From Lama guanicoe (lineage: Eukaryota): a stretch of DNA of 64,000 bases. Below the pieces are notes generated by a model that saw only the letters and a program-made list of their open reading frames with translations, made no database searches and was not told where the DNA came from. This document shows positions 48,938 through 62,840 of the stretch, in pieces. The stretch spans positions 19,675,082-19,739,081 of the forward strand of contig MU054323.1 in NCBI GenBank assembly GCA_013239625.1, given 5' to 3'. Position numbers and translations under genes: made by a program. Numbering within the stretch: the first letter of the stretch is position 1; each line of letters begins with the position of its first letter.

Positions 48938-50224
48938 TGGTATTCTTTATTTCAATCAATAAGAATTTTTAATTTCCTTTCAGAGTCCCACAGAGTGATC
49001 TGGCTTGGTCGAGATGCAATGCAGACATCATCTGTCTCCCATGGTGCATCCCGTCGATAATTTCCATGTCTCAATCTTCTCTTTATTATCCAGGGGCCAC
49101 ATGTTGATCAGAGCAACCAAGACCTTTCCACTCCAATAGAAAAAGCGTCCTCATCTTCTTGCCACTCTCACCCTAGCTTAAAGAAGGGAGAAAGAGCCAA
49201 CCCAAGCCACTTGTTGGAGATTTCAAGGGACGGGGGGAGAAATGGGACCTCAGACAATGGGAATGTGATCTACATGGGAAATCTCGGAGAATACACCTGC
49301 TTCTCCATGGGTCTTTGTGTCTGAGGCTCCTGGAGGTGCAGTCCCATGGGAGCGGCTTCTTATTGGAAAACAGGGCAAACAAACCAAGCACCAGCAGAGA
49401 CAGAGAGCTCTGTCTGTGGGAAAAGGACAATCGGTGAACTTTCAAGCCCAAGAGGTGAGAGCAAGGCTTACAATTTGAGCTACGTGTCTGGAAACTTAAT
49501 ATTGCACAGAATATCAATTACCTCACAGACTCAGATCCTCTGCTGGGAGGGCAGGAGGAGGCAGGCAGGTCTCTGACATGAAACACTCTGTGCACCTTTT
49601 AATTAACTCTAAGAAATGTGCCTCAGAATCTCCTAGAAAGGGAGATTGTTCTGCCTGGTTGAAGGACACAGAAGTCATCAAGATAGGAATTTGAGTATGA
49701 TAAAAATATCAAGAGGTTCCCATGTCTGCCTCAGTCTAGGGAATTAAAGAGCAGTGGTTGACTCTTTAAATTGTGGGGTTGGGACCACTGCTTTACACCA
49801 AATTCCTGTCCAGGGCCCTTTTCAAAAAAGGATATTAAGAACTCTGCCTGCCCTGTCTGCTGTTAAGGAATCAAACATCTTTAGTTGTCAAGCATCAAAA
49901 TGTGAAGAATCGTCATGCCTTGGTTCTATACAGCTTGGTAATTCCAGGTACAGAGCTACTACAGAATCCACCTTAACATCTGGGAGTGGACGCTCTCTGA
50001 TCGCCCAGAGCCTGCCACTAGACTAGCTCTCTCCAAGCCTTCATTCAGAACTTCTGCAGTGACACTGAGTATGGACCTACCAATATACTTGACACTACCA
50101 TAGGCACCTGAGATACAAGCAGTCAATACATGGTCACTGCCCTCAAGGGATTTTTCTAGTAGGGAAAACAGATGTGTGAATTAATAATAATGGCAGCTAC
50201 TATTTAATGAACACTTACAATATC

Positions 50225-50387
50225 CTTTTTTAAAAATATATATTTTCAATTTATTTTTGACAAATAAAAACTACCTATACTTAAAGTATACAAATGGGAT
50301 ATTTTGATACATGTATACACTGTGAAATGATTACCACAATCAAACTAGCTAACATATCCATCACCTCCCATAGCTGACCATTGTATA

Positions 50388-50424
<37 letters not shown>

Positions 50425-50910
50425 TGGGAACACACAAGCTTTGCTCTCTTAGCAAATTTCAAGTATATCATACATGATTATTAACTACAGTCACCATGCC
50501 TTTCATTAGGTTTCCAGAACTGACTCACCTTATAACTGAAAGTTTGCACAATTTGATCAATACCCCAATTTTCCCTCAACCCCCAGCTTCTGGTAACCAC
50601 CATTCTACTCTCCATTACTATAAGTTCAACTTTTTTTTTCTTTTTTAGATGTCACATATAAGTGAGAAAACGCAATATGTGTCTATGTCTGGTTTATTTT
50701 ACTTAGCATAGTGTCCCCCAAGTTCATCCATGCTGTTGCAAATGGCAGGATTTCCCTCTTGTTTAATGCTGAATACTATTCCATTGTATATATTCTAGAT
50801 GAAAAATGTGATCTATACACATTTTCTATATATACACACATACATATGTATATATATATCACATTGCTTTTCCATTAATCTGTCTGTGACACTTAGTTTG
50901 TTTCCACCTT
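50225..50910 (-). mobile_element. L1MA-like 3' end containing (TG)n at about 50393-50422
   Basis: 'tgtgaaatgattaccacaatcaa...acatatccatcacctc...ttcatccatgctgttgcaaatggcaggattt'. Confidence 0.9.
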
Positions 50911-50949
50911 ATAATATGATATGCTTTCAATAAACAATAGGCTAGGTAC

Positions 50950-51473
50950 TTGTGATAGCCAGCCTCCAAGATGGCCCACAGAGATCCTCACCTCCTGGTA
51001 CTCATGTGCTTGTAAGTAATCCCCTTCTACACTGAGTAGGACTGATATGTGTAACTAATAGAATTTGTAGAAAAAAATGGTGTGTGACATCTGAGGCTCA
51101 GCCATAGTGCTACCGCAGCTTTCATCTTTCTCTCAGATCAGTCACCCTAGAGAAATCCAAGTGCCACGTAGTGAAGACACTTAAGAATCCCTATAGGGAG
51201 GTCCACATGGAGAAGAACCAAGGCCTCCCACCAACAGCCAGTGAGGAACTGAAACCTGCCAACAGCCATGTGACTCAGCCATCTTGGAAGCAGAGGCCCT
51301 CGTTTCAAAGCCTTCAGATTCCTGCAACCTCATGAGAAACAGCAAGCCAGAACCACGCAGCTCAGCTGTTCCCAAATTCCTGACCCATAGAAACCATGTG
51401 CGATAGTGTTTATTGTTGGTGTAAGTCAGTAAATTTGGAGTAATGTGTTGTGCAGCAATAGATAACTAGTCCA
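50950..51473 (+). mobile_element. MaLR LTR (MLT1F-like)
   Basis: 'tgtgatagccagcctccaagatggccc...gaggtccacatgg...gcagcaatagataact'. Confidence 0.88.
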
Positions 51474-54400
51474 GTGCTCTGTGTTCGTTACCTATTGAAC
51501 CCTCACGCTGGTCCTATTGAGAATTTACTCTTGTCCCAACTTTACAGACGAGGAAACTGTGATTTAGATGGGTTAAAATAAGCAAAGTCAGAGCTGAATT
51601 TTAACTCTACTAGACTTCAAAGCCTGTGTTCTTTCCTCTGTACAATAAAGTGTTCTTGGTGCAAATGCATACTGGAACAAAAAGTCAGTGGGAGAAGTAG
51701 TCTACCTGGAAAGTCTGGAATCAGAGGTGAGGAAGAGGTGGGCAGGACTTGTTAAGGATGTAAGAGTTGGAATGGAAATGAAGGATGAGCTGATGTTCAG
51801 CACGTAGGCAGCAGGGAGAGGGATCCCAGACAGAACAGCATTAGCAGGACCACGGAGGCTCAGCCCCGGGTGTTCAGAACCTGCCTGGAGTTTCTAGATC
51901 TAGAAGAATCAAGGTCTTGTGGCTGGTTCTCCAGGGGAAAACCTTGGTTCTAGCCCAGGATCTACTTTTACAGTCACAGGACCCCCCAAATCACCGAAAC
52001 TGGTGCTTTTTCCACAAACTGCGGCCTCAGTTCCTGCTTTTGATTAACTCAAATCCTCCTGTAGACCCCTGTTTCTTCTCTCGGTCAGTTCTCTTTTACA
52101 GACCCAGCTCCCGGGCATGTCTGAAACATATACCAATTCTTCCTGCCAAGTAACACGCTGCTCCTTACAAAATGGTAGTTATGATGTTTACATTTGCATT
52201 CATAACATGTCTCTTGTCTACTGCAAAATATCGTGTGAACCTTACTTCCTTCTTTTAACAGGGTTACTAGAATGGCAATTCAGGAACCAGGTGTATTGGA
52301 TTTCAGAAAGGCGTGTATCTTTTCTCATGATAGCCTCCTGTGTACATGGGTGGATTATAAAGTAGAAGAGCACAATATAGGAGATTGGTACCTGGTTTAA
52401 TAACCACACCCAAAGATACTGACCCCAGATTGATGTCAAGTTATAGAAAATCATCTACATTGGTGTGACTGATGGCTCAGTCCTCAGCCCTCTCCCCGGC
52501 AACAGCTTTTAAGTCAGTCGCTTGAATAAAGCTATAGGAAGCAGGTTTATCAAATTTTCTAGTAGCAGTTAGTAAATAGGTAGGCTGGCAGAAATGAAAA
52601 GGGCATACCTCTCCAAAGGCTAGCAGAGGTCAAATCTAGCAAGATGCATCTCACCCGCAATGCAAGGTCCTCTACTTGAGTTTCAAAAGTCACTGCACAA
52701 AAACACAATGGAGATCTCTGACTCAGCAGTAACTGTGAAAGGGAAAAAGATCGAAGGGTCTTAGTCAATGGTGAGTTAACGAAGGAGCAAAGACACAGCT
52801 GCACGGCTCTGGCTTTCTGTTGTGGGGGAAGGGAGGAGGGGATGTTTGACTCTGAAGGTTTACTCCTGAGATTCTACAGCCCCCCACCACCCCTAGGGCT
52901 GTATTTAGTAACTCCCACTCTACTCCATTAAATGTGTTTGGGTTCCCAGACCCTGCCCACCGCCCTGCCCCCAGCCTGAGCCGAGAGCCCTTAGAAGGTA
53001 AAGAGAACGCTGCGAGCTGGGAGTCTGGGAAGAGCTTGGAAACTAAAGCTCTCTGAGTCTCTCTCCCCGCGGCCCTATCCCTGCTGATAAGGATGAGAGC
53101 AAAGCTGGCTGACAAGTGATTGGAAACAGGAGTTCCCAAACCCTTTAACCCTTCCCCAGCCTGCCGTGTGTCTGGAGTTTCTAAACGCTGAGGCCCATCT
53201 CTAGCTGGACAAGGGCTCTCTGACTCTCCCCACCAACCTTTCCATCTTCCTCTCCCTTTGGCTGACAGGTCAGCGAATGCTGTCCTTCTGCCTGGAAAAC
53301 ATTACTACCACCACCAAACGCTAAGATGCAACTCCTCCACCTTCAGGCCGCCCGGACAAGTCATCCAGGGAGTCACACTCTGGTCCAGACCACCCACCCC
53401 CTCTTACCCTCCCAGCACACTTAGCCACCACACCTCTGCCAGCCAGTTCGGGAGCAAGAGCCTACCAGGGGATGTCGGTCCTGTTTAGTATAGGGGGGCT
53501 CTGGGAGCAGAGACTCTCAGGCTCATTCCCAGCAGCCTGATCCCAGACCCATTCTCTGCAGCCCTGGCTGGCTGCGGAGCTCTATGGGGACCTTCAGGGG
53601 TCTCCCCGCAACCGGACCTGACTTCGCTGAGTCATCCCAAAGGCCCTCCACCCACCTAGGTGTTGCCTGGTACGTGGACAGGCCTCCTGGAAATGGGACA
53701 GATGACAAGGGGGTCTGTCCTTGGCAGTGGTCAGTGGGACTGAAGCTGAGGGGCAGGCTGCCCCCTCCCCCTGGGGAGGGGCGTCAAGGAGAAACTAGGT
53801 TTACTGGTCACAGTAATTAAGTGTAAAAGAGTTTCCTTCAGTAGAATGGAATTCAGATAAACTGCCATTATCATGCAAAGCAGCTTTGCACCTAAAAGCC
53901 CTTACCCAAACAAGCAGTTTAATTAAATCCCTAATCTCCTGTGGCCTGTTCTGACCCCTTCCCTCCACCATTCCCTGCCCCCCACCGCCCCCCACTCCCC
54001 ACCCTGCACTGACTTATGGATTTCAAGAATCCATTTAGAACACTCAACCTGTAAGCGGGCAAGACATACCCCAGAAGCATGGCTCTGGGTCTGTGCCTTA
54101 GGGTGTTAGTTCCCTGAGGCTCAGGGAGTCCTGAGAGGGGTGCTAGGTGCCGGTGACAAGGGTGAGCACAGTGAAGTAATGGAGCAGCACGTCCTTGCAT
54201 GGGAGGATGTATGCATCGCACAGCCCTATTGGCTCCTGTTCACCCCGAGGGGGCTGATGCCCAAGTAGGGTCCGCCTTAATGAAGGGTCTACAGTCTCAC
54301 CACCCACAGAAAGTGTGGAGCAGCCCCACCAAACTTGGAAGTCAGGACCCTAGTGTTAAGCCAGAAGAGGAAGGGATGGACAAATTGACCTATCCGTGCG

Positions 54401-56389
54401 TGTCCCCACTTGGGACACTGCACTGGCCACAGGAAGGATGCCAAGCCTGTTAGTGAGAACTAAGTTTCCTGGGAAAGGCTGAAGCAATGATTTGGAGTTC
54501 AGGTCACCTGCTATAGACAGAGGGAGAGATTAGGATAAAGAAAGAATGGAATGGGGGGGGCAAGGCTGGGGGGAAGGGTCAGCCCAAGAGCGCTAATACA
54601 GAACAACCCCATAGTACCTTCTAACATCTGCAAATTGCTTTAGGAATTTGTGCCTTCGTGCAGGGAAAGAAGGAAAGGAAATCAAATATCGAATGCCAGG
54701 GTTTGTGGCATGTTCTCTCTTCAGTTTCAACCATGTAAGGTAAATCTCATTCTCTCCCCACCACGGCTACCTCCATGGGAGAAAACTGAGATGCAGGCTG
54801 GTGATGTGACTTGCCCGATGTCACACAGCTCGTGACCAGCAGAGCCACAACTCAAACACCAGCCTGCCACACGGAAAAGTCAGTGCTCTTTCTGCTAAAC
54901 CACAGATCAGCGGCAAGGACTATAGTGTTGTAGTTTGGGGCGGGAGGAATTAACCACCCAAGAATACTCATCACCCTCCGTCCTGCAGTAAGAACGTTTC
55001 CATCCTGAAACAGTCCACTTCCTCTGAGCGAGAGCAGGAAGGTGTCAGCAGGCCTGAGGGACTCAGCCCTCAGCCCCAAGGAGGTAGCACAGGGGAGCTG
55101 AGTGGCGGGGGAGCTTTCTTGGGGCTCGAATCTGAGAGGAAGAAGAGCCCCAGAGGAGAGTTTTCTCTGCAGGAAAGAAGCATCAGGGGCTGCGTGGGGG
55201 GGAAGGGGCGTCTGCAAGTCATATAACAAACACCAGACCTCTCCATTTTATACCTCATTCCTTTGGTGGGGGCAAACAGAGGGGCCATCTCAATTTGGGA
55301 AACAGTGAAACTCAAATCATCCTGAACTCTGCACTTTTCCTGTTCATTGTGTGGACTTCATGGTGCCTGGAGAACGCCAGGACCTTCTTTAGAGGAAGTT
55401 GTATTTCTGGAAATAAGACTCTCCTGGTTCATGAAACTTCCCCGTTTCTTGTGGGATTCCCTACTTTTCCTGGACAGTGGGTTCTCCTTGCAAAGAGGAG
55501 GAGTCCTTTAGGGAGATTCTGATAAATCGTGTGAACAAATGAGTCGGGGTGTTTGCGGCAGCACAGTACCCTGCCCCGAGGAGGTGCCCAAGCCCTTCGA
55601 TTCTTTAGTCTTGAGTGGGTTCTGCACAGCCGAGTCGGGGCTGCCGCCCTGCTCCGAAGCCAGGTGTTTCGGAAGATCATCCAATTGGGATGACAGGTGC
55701 TGCTGTTTTGACTTCAGAAAGACAGCCCAAGCCAGAGGAAGACTCCTTGGCTCCAGGGCTGATGTGGGTGGGTTTAAAAAGTGGGATTTCGGACAAGATC
55801 TGTTACAGAGTTCTTTGTCTCTCATAGCAAAGACAACAGAGAAGAATTTTAAAAGGCTGCCTAGGTCTCCAGAACCCCTCTGGAAGCAGATGGCATGTCA
55901 ACAGGCTCCTGGGCAGGCCCCAGAGGCCCCAAACCTGGGATCCTTATTGGAATGCAATTACCCTAAGTGCTGGCTGTTAGGATGAAAAGGCAAGAATGCA
56001 ATTATGGAAGGAGCATGCAGTGAGCTTTCATTGATTAACCTGTCCTGTCTGATTCCATTCCCCACTGGGGTGATTTTGGAGCCCTGAGGGTTGCCCTGTG
56101 CCCTAGGGTTACGAGAAAGAAAAACAGTCATGGTAGAAAGCAAATGCCAAAAGCAGGGTTCATGAGCTTCGGAAGGGCCTGTGGACTCTTGAAATTGCCT
56201 GGGAGATGTCCCTGTGCAAAACGCAAAATGTGTATTTTCTAGGAAGTGACTCTAAGCCGCTCATCACGTGATCAGAGAGCTCTGCAGGCCCCAAAGGGTT
56301 AAAAACCACCAACTCAAAGGAATGAAAGAAAGATCAGCGGGGTTGTTGGAAGAGGCCTCCAGGAAAAGTCCCTTCAGTTTTCAACTCCA

Positions 56390-56590
56390 AGTGACCACCA
56401 TCTATCTGGGTGCAATTCTCACTCTACCAGTTGCCAGCAAGTCGCTGAGCCCTTCGGTGCCTCAGTTTGGTTTGTTAAATGTGGGTAAAAATATCTGCAC
56501 CCTGGGGTTGCTGAGAGAATTAAATGACGTAAAAAATGCAAGGCTCTTAGCCCAACATCTAGCCCTTAATAAGCTTGCAATTAATGGGAG
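56390..56590 (+). mobile_element. MIR SINE
   Basis: 'caagtcgctgagcccttcggtgcctcagttt...gagaattaaatga'. Confidence 0.75.
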
Positions 56591-57169
56591 CCATTTTTGT
56601 TTTGATCGTCTATTCAAATTCAGAAAATAAGGTGAAACACAAGCATGTTCTCTTCTGAGCGGTCTTTTGAACCCCCAACTCGCAGTCTAGATTCCATGGG
56701 GCTCCCCTGGCAATGCCCTTCTGAAAAATTGAGTGGGACCATGAGATCCACAGTCCAGACACTGCTTCCTTGAATCCTCCCCCAACAGGGCACATCTCCC
56801 CTGGAAGACACCAGGATATGGTTACACTGGGAGACAAGAGCCTCTGGAAGTAGGGAGGCAACACATCAAGTGTCTGGGTGGTGCCAGGACAGTGGAGGGG
56901 TTGTCCGGGCCTGAGCTGGAGTTATCAGCACCACCAAGGGAAGTTTCTGGAAATCTCAGCCACCACAATCTTCCTACCTGTTGAAACGATATAATCACAC
57001 ACACAACTGAAATGGACTTCTCTGTCCTAACAGGCCCTAGAATGAGACTAATCCAAGACACCGCATCTGGAGAATGTCTAGTGTGGGACTACGAAAGGAA
57101 AAACCGAATCTCTTCTCTTTCCCTCTGACTTGTGCGCCTGTTAATCTTCTGTGTTTTTGATGCTTTGCT

Positions 57170-57695
57170 GTCTGTGGTCTTGCTGACACTGGAAGGACTG
57201 CTCCTCCCGGGTTAGCCAATCCCTAGAGATAGTAAAAGACTCACCTGCCAGTACACCTTTCATACGCAAACCAACCAATCCAGAGTCCAAACCCTCAGCC
57301 ACCTCCTTTATAGAGCTCTCACACCCTAAACCAATATCACTCAGCCCTAATCCCTCCAGGACCAGGGTCCAGACAACTAGGGGAAACTGGGACAGCCCCT
57401 ACTCCCTAGTACCCGCTGAAATTGCTCAACCTAGCCAGTCCTAAACCTGCTTACCCTGCCTGCCCGTTCCTTGCTGTGGAAACCACAGTAAAGGCTCTTG
57501 CCCACATTTCCCCTAATTTCTGCTGCCTCCTGACTGGCCCTGTGCTTCCCGTGTGGCCCCACCACGGTGTGGCATGCCCCCTTCTCTTGGGGTCTGTAAG
57601 TATAACAAATTATCATTTCAGTGGCAGTTGTCTCCTGATCTCCTGACCTGCTGGCCTCACCACACCTGAACAATAATAAAACCTACATTTGAAAA
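57170..57695 (+). mobile_element. ERVL solo LTR (MER74-like)
   Basis: 'caaaccaaccaatccagag...cctaaacctgcttaccctgcc...gtggaaaccacagtaaaggctcttgcccac...aataataaaacct'. Confidence 0.75.
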
Positions 57696-58619
57696 CACCC
57701 TCTTCCCCCAACACCTTCCCCTCCCATGACATCCTCAGAGGCTCTTCCTCCCTCAGAACCTACAGGCTGCCCCACGCATCTTCTATCCCAGGGCCCTGTA
57801 GCTCTGGCCTCCTTCCTCCAGCCCACCCCACCCCCCGACCCCCAGAGCCTCAGGCAGGGGCCAAAGCCTCCTCCACCTCTGGGGTCAGAAGTAGTGCAAT
57901 CCCAACTCCATCAGGGAATTCTCGGGGGGATGGCCTTGAAAGGATCTTTATTGCTCAGTTCCCAGGAGAGACTGTTCCCCAAGAGCAGAGAGGGGGAGCT
58001 GGCTCTGAGCCGTACACTTGTTTATTCATCAATCATTCATTTAGTCATTAATCATTCATCCCCCTCCCTCCCATCAATCATTCATCTGCTTATTTATTCA
58101 TTCCGTTTGTACCTCTTCCTTGCTTTGGTTGCCACAGATGTTGGTCCTCTCCTGCTTTGATCTGGCCCCTGTCTCTGTGGCAGCTGCACAGCAGAGGACT
58201 TCTGACATCACTTTGTCAGTTACCTGGATGAGAGGGTGTCTCCCTCTCAGTGGAGCCTGAGACAACCAAATGGACAATGCAGAGCTGTCCCAGCCTGGAA
58301 GTCCCCTTCCATTGCAGGCTCCCGCCTCCTGGTCCATGGATCAGTGGGAGGGGTGATGAGGAGCTGAAGAGGGGACATCCAGGCCAAACAAAGAATAATG
58401 GCTTGAGACATGCCTCCTAGCTGCTTGAAAACTGCTTTTCTGGGAGGCAAGGGGCTGCAAGAGACTCTAAGCTTCCAGGCCTGGCTGTGAAGCCTGGGCT
58501 CAGAACTTTGGGGGGGTCCAGAGAGCATGGTTATGGGGTCACTGGGGCTGGAGTTTAAGAGGCCTAACCTGCTAGCCTCCTGACCAGTCTCCCAGCTTCT
58601 ACCCACCCCACCTCACCCC

Positions 58620-59247
58620 AGAAAGTCTCTTCTCAGCCAGCAGCCAGAGATCCTTTTATGTGAGTCCGATCATGTCCTGCTTTGTTCAGATCTCTGCCAT
58701 GACTTTCCATTCACTCAGAGCAGAAGCCCAGGCCCCGGAGGACTGGTCCCACCCTCATCTCACTCAATTCCCCTTTCCAGGCCCCAGTGACTTTGTCCAT
58801 CCTCAATTTACCAGCCACACTCCAGCCTTAAACCTTTTGCCCTAAGTTGTTTCTAGTCCTTTGCTCTGGAACATTCTTGATTCCTGGGTCAAGCTTGAAA
58901 GTGGCTCCCTTTCTCATCTTTTTCAAGTCTTTGCTCAATGGACACCTTCTCCATGAGCCTACCCTGACCCGTCATATTTGAATTTGCAAACCACATACAC
59001 ACACACACATATATACCCTACTCTCAACTCCCTTACTCCTTAACACTCATCACCTTCTGACACAGTCTATAATTTTCTTATTATATCTACTGTTTATTGG
59101 CTGTCTCTGAGTGCTAGAATGTAACCTCCAGAAGGGCCAGGGGTCTTTGTAATCTTCACTGATGTATCTTGAGGGTGTGTCTGTGGATGCCTAGTACATG
59201 AGAGGAGCTCAGGAAAGCAGTCCTTGGATGAAGGAATGAATGAATGA
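58620..59247 (+). mobile_element. L2 LINE 3' fragment
   Basis: 'ttccattcactcagag...ctagaatgtaacctcc...tcactgatgtatc...ggaatgaatgaatga'. Confidence 0.88.
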
Positions 59248-59742
59248 CAGGGCTCTGGGAGGTTCTGAGGGTAAAGCTTGTGAAGCCATGCGCTGTGGAG
59301 CCTAGGGCTTCCTGAGGGAGGATATAGGAGGCCCACAGCGGCCTCTCTCAGCTGTGCCGAGGAGAAAGGAGCCAGGCAGATCGCCGGCTGCCAGCCTTCT
59401 CCGGGAGAGAAGGTAGGCAGCAGCATCAGCAGGGATCGCGCTAACTCGAGATGCCAGCTCCGTGCCGCTCTGGGGCTGGCCAGCACTCTGGATGTCATTA
59501 GCTGATTTGTTCTGCTCTGCAGAATGTACTTTTCGTATTTAGGCAGAAAAAAACAGCTTTCGGTCCTCATGCCCTTTCTTCTGTGAGCTGTAGCACATGG
59601 CCTGCTTATTATGAATTAATCCTCTAAAGAGCATGTTCATTATTCTAATTTAATTGTGCTTCATTTCAGAAAATAACTAAACCCAGCGCGGAATAAACTC
59701 CAATGCTGATCGGTTTTCAAGAAGTTAACCTAAGACAAAATA

Positions 59743-59758
59743 CTGCTAGAGGGCAGCA
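59743..59758 (+). promoter_or_regulatory. Candidate CTCF site
   Basis: CTGCTAGAGGGCAGCA resembles the core CCASYAGRKGGCRS. Confidence 0.5.
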
Positions 59759-61499
59759 GCAATTTGGAATCATTAAAGGGAACCCATGTAAATAATAAAA
59801 ACAAAACTAAAATGCAGAATTAAATTAAGGAATAGGAAATTAAATTTGTGAATCTGATCTGAAATTGAGGCCCTCTATGCACAGGCTTACCCTGGCTTGG
59901 CTCTTTGCTCAGAAGCGCTGTGGCGGGAGGTTCTGCAGAGGTTCCCAGTCCATGGAAGTGGCGGACAGGAGCGAGCTCACTGGTCTCCCCTTCTGGGTGA
60001 CAGTATGCCATCCTGGGAAGAGGGATGTGGGCTAGAGGAGGAAAGAGGGGGCTTCCCTCCCACTGGGTCCCCTGTGAGGAATATGAAAGCCACGTCGTCA
60101 CAGTGACATCTGGATGACTCCTGTTGAGTGCTGGTGACTGGAGACGGAGAACCAACTGCCTGCAGCCAAGAGTCTGCGCTGCACTCACCTGACAAGCGCA
60201 AGATGCACAAGAAATGAGGCGGACGGATGCAGGCTGGTTGCTGCTGAGGTGCTGGGAGCATTCAGCCCCAGGTATAGCAGCCTCTCCAGCCCCGCTCTAC
60301 CCCTGTGCCCCAGACACTCTTCCACAGGTAACCACCTCTGGACAGGAACTGGAGGACTTGCCCCCTGCCCCGGCAGCAGCCCCGAAGCAGACTCCTGACA
60401 TCTACCAACATCATGGGAGCCCAGTTCCAGATGTGGGAGATGCAGATTCTAACATCAGACAAAGAGGCATCTCAGCAGGTGACTGGGGAGGAGAGGACGG
60501 GAGAGGACTGGGGGATGGGAGAGAGCAGACTTCAGACATGAAGGTGTTTGAGAGTTAGGGGCACCAGGGGCAGAGTTAGCACCATGGCTCAGAGTTCATT
60601 CTGCAGTTTCCAGGGCTTATAGACCCGTCCCCAGGGTGTCTTCTCTCCTTCTCTCCTTACTTCTGCCCCCACCCCCACCCAGCTCTCTTTCCTCCCGCCC
60701 TCCTTCTCCTGGTGGCAAGAGCCCAGCCTGCCGAATCACAGACCGGTTTGGGTGACAGTTCTTTCTCTAAGTTGGTACTGGAGCTTGGGGGAACTATCTC
60801 ACCTTTCTTAACCTCAATTTCCTCATATGTCACAATAATAATACCTGCCTCCTCGGTCTGTTACAAGGATTAAATGATAATAAGGCCCCTGGCTCAGAGC
60901 AGGCAGGCAGTCAGGCACTGCTGCCGTTTCATTTTCTGCTTCATCAGCGCGTGCCCACAGCACTACACACAAATACACACACCTGCACACACCGCGCACA
61001 CGGGCCCCGTCCTTCTTGAAGGCCTTGGGCTGTGTTTCCAGAACACCACAACCAGTTTAAAAAACAAACAAACCAGGTCTGATTCACAAAGGAAAACATT
61101 CAAGCCCACGACCATATTACAGTATCTGAGGGAAGTTTTCCATTTCTATCTTCATTTGGGATTCTACATAGACATATTAGCCACCTTAGACCCTTTTTTG
61201 AAACAAAGAGGGCATGTTAGCAAGCGGAAAATAAATGATGCCCATAATCGAGGCCACAGTGGTGTTGATTGGTCAATTCATTAAACAGTGATTGCACCTA
61301 AAATATCAAACATGGAGGTAACATGAGTGAAAAAGGCGCAGAGTTCTCATGAATTCCCTGGCTGCTTCCCCTGATCTCACTTCACAAACTGCCTCAGAGG
61401 TTGTGCTGGACCTCTTGCCCATCCCATGATTTGTCCCTGTAAGTTAGGGCATTGGGACCTACTCCAATCTTGGCTCTCCCAGAACAAACTCAGAAACTT

Positions 61500-61975
61500 C
61501 TATCAAAGACAAATTATTGATGACACTAAAGATGGTAAAGTAGACTTTATTCCGGATGGGGGTTGCCGCTAAAATGGGTTTGTGTTAGGAGAAAGAGATT
61601 GGGGCTCAACTCTGGGTATGATAAGGAAAAGTGGGAATTTATAGCCAAGGGGTGAAGTGGGGATCAGTGGGTGGAAAATAACTAAGAGGAAGCATTAGGG
61701 CTAAGGAGCAGGGTTCTGACTCAACTGGCCTAACGGGATTCTTGCTAAAGGCAGGCTAAGTGATCAGACATCACCTGGGGATGAGAGACCCGATCACGTA
61801 TCAAGCATGACCAGGTAACAAGAGTAGGAGATTCTGACTAAACTGACTTCAGCAAGATTCTCGATAAACTTGGACAGTGCAGAGATGAACACGGAAGCCT
61901 GAAAGTCAGGGTCTGATTGAGAAGAGAGCTTAGAGGAACCTGAGTAGACTTTGGTCCAGGAGAAAATGTTTGTCA
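61500..61975 (-). mobile_element. ERV1 solo LTR (MER31/MER67-like)
   Basis: Minus strand starts 'tgacaaacattttctcctggaccaaagtctactcaggttcctct', with repeated 'gaatcttgctgaagtcagtttag'. Confidence 0.75.
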
Positions 61976-62599
61976 CCCTAGAGCAGCTCTGGGGTGCAGA
62001 TCCATGTTTATTGTCCATGGAGAGGAAGCTGGGGCTGACCTGGGCCTGAGGCTACCAGGGACCAGGTGGGTAACCTGAAGGGAAGGACAGGGGTAGGTCA
62101 CAGTGGTGGCCGGCACCTAGATCAAGGGGCAGATGCTATAAAATGACCCCTCAGCCAGTAAAATTCGTTTAAGAGAAAGCCACCCAAATTCCTCAGATGC
62201 ACAAAACACATGATATAAGAAAGCTTTCAAAGGGGCCTTGTCCCTCAGGACCCCTTTGAGAGGGGTTAATTTCTGGGAGGCTGGAGTGGGCTTGGTTAGT
62301 TAAATGGTTTCTATATTTTGGATCCTGGATGAAAACCTCTGCATCCAGGGGACGGACTGGTCTGCCCAGGAGGGCATCTGTGTGGGGACAGCTTCACCAT
62401 TTGACCATGAAGATCAAATCATGTCAACCCAACAGAAGAGCTTCCAAAGTGGCTGTGCCTTTAAGGGCCAGACTGGTTTCTCTCAACCAAGCAAATTCCT
62501 TTCCAGATAAAGTCCCATATTTCTCAGTTTTACATGACCTACCCACATGTAAAAGCACCCACGGATCCCTTTCCTTAGTGGATAATACTGTTTATAATA

Positions 62600-62840
62600 G
62601 TATTAATAAAAGTCCACGCTCACTGGGAGCTTACCTCCTGTCAAACATTTGTTCTAAGTGCTTTGTTAGAATTGGTTCTTTTAATACTCACGACAAACAT
62701 GTGAAATAGGTATTATTGTCCCCATTCTATAGATGAGGAAACTGAGGCCCAGAGAAGTCACGCAACTTGCCCATTATAACAACAAAACTTAGCAGCCCTG
62801 GGGTTTGAACCTAAACAGTGTGCCAGATTCTGGAGCCTTC
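62600..62840 (-). mobile_element. MIR SINE
   Basis: 'cccattctatagatgaggaaactgaggcccagagaag...aacttgccc'. Confidence 0.9.

Noticed and set aside
55539..55985. 148-aa ATG-initiated ORF
   Set aside because: No recognisable homology or splice context; compatible with chance.
60214..60558. Pro/Ala-rich ORF with nearby donor-like sites
   Set aside because: No convincing acceptor/donor pair and no recognisable protein.
62137..62143. TATAAAA box (another at about 27167)
   Set aside because: Isolated 7-mers without supporting context; the 27167 copy lies in a MIR.
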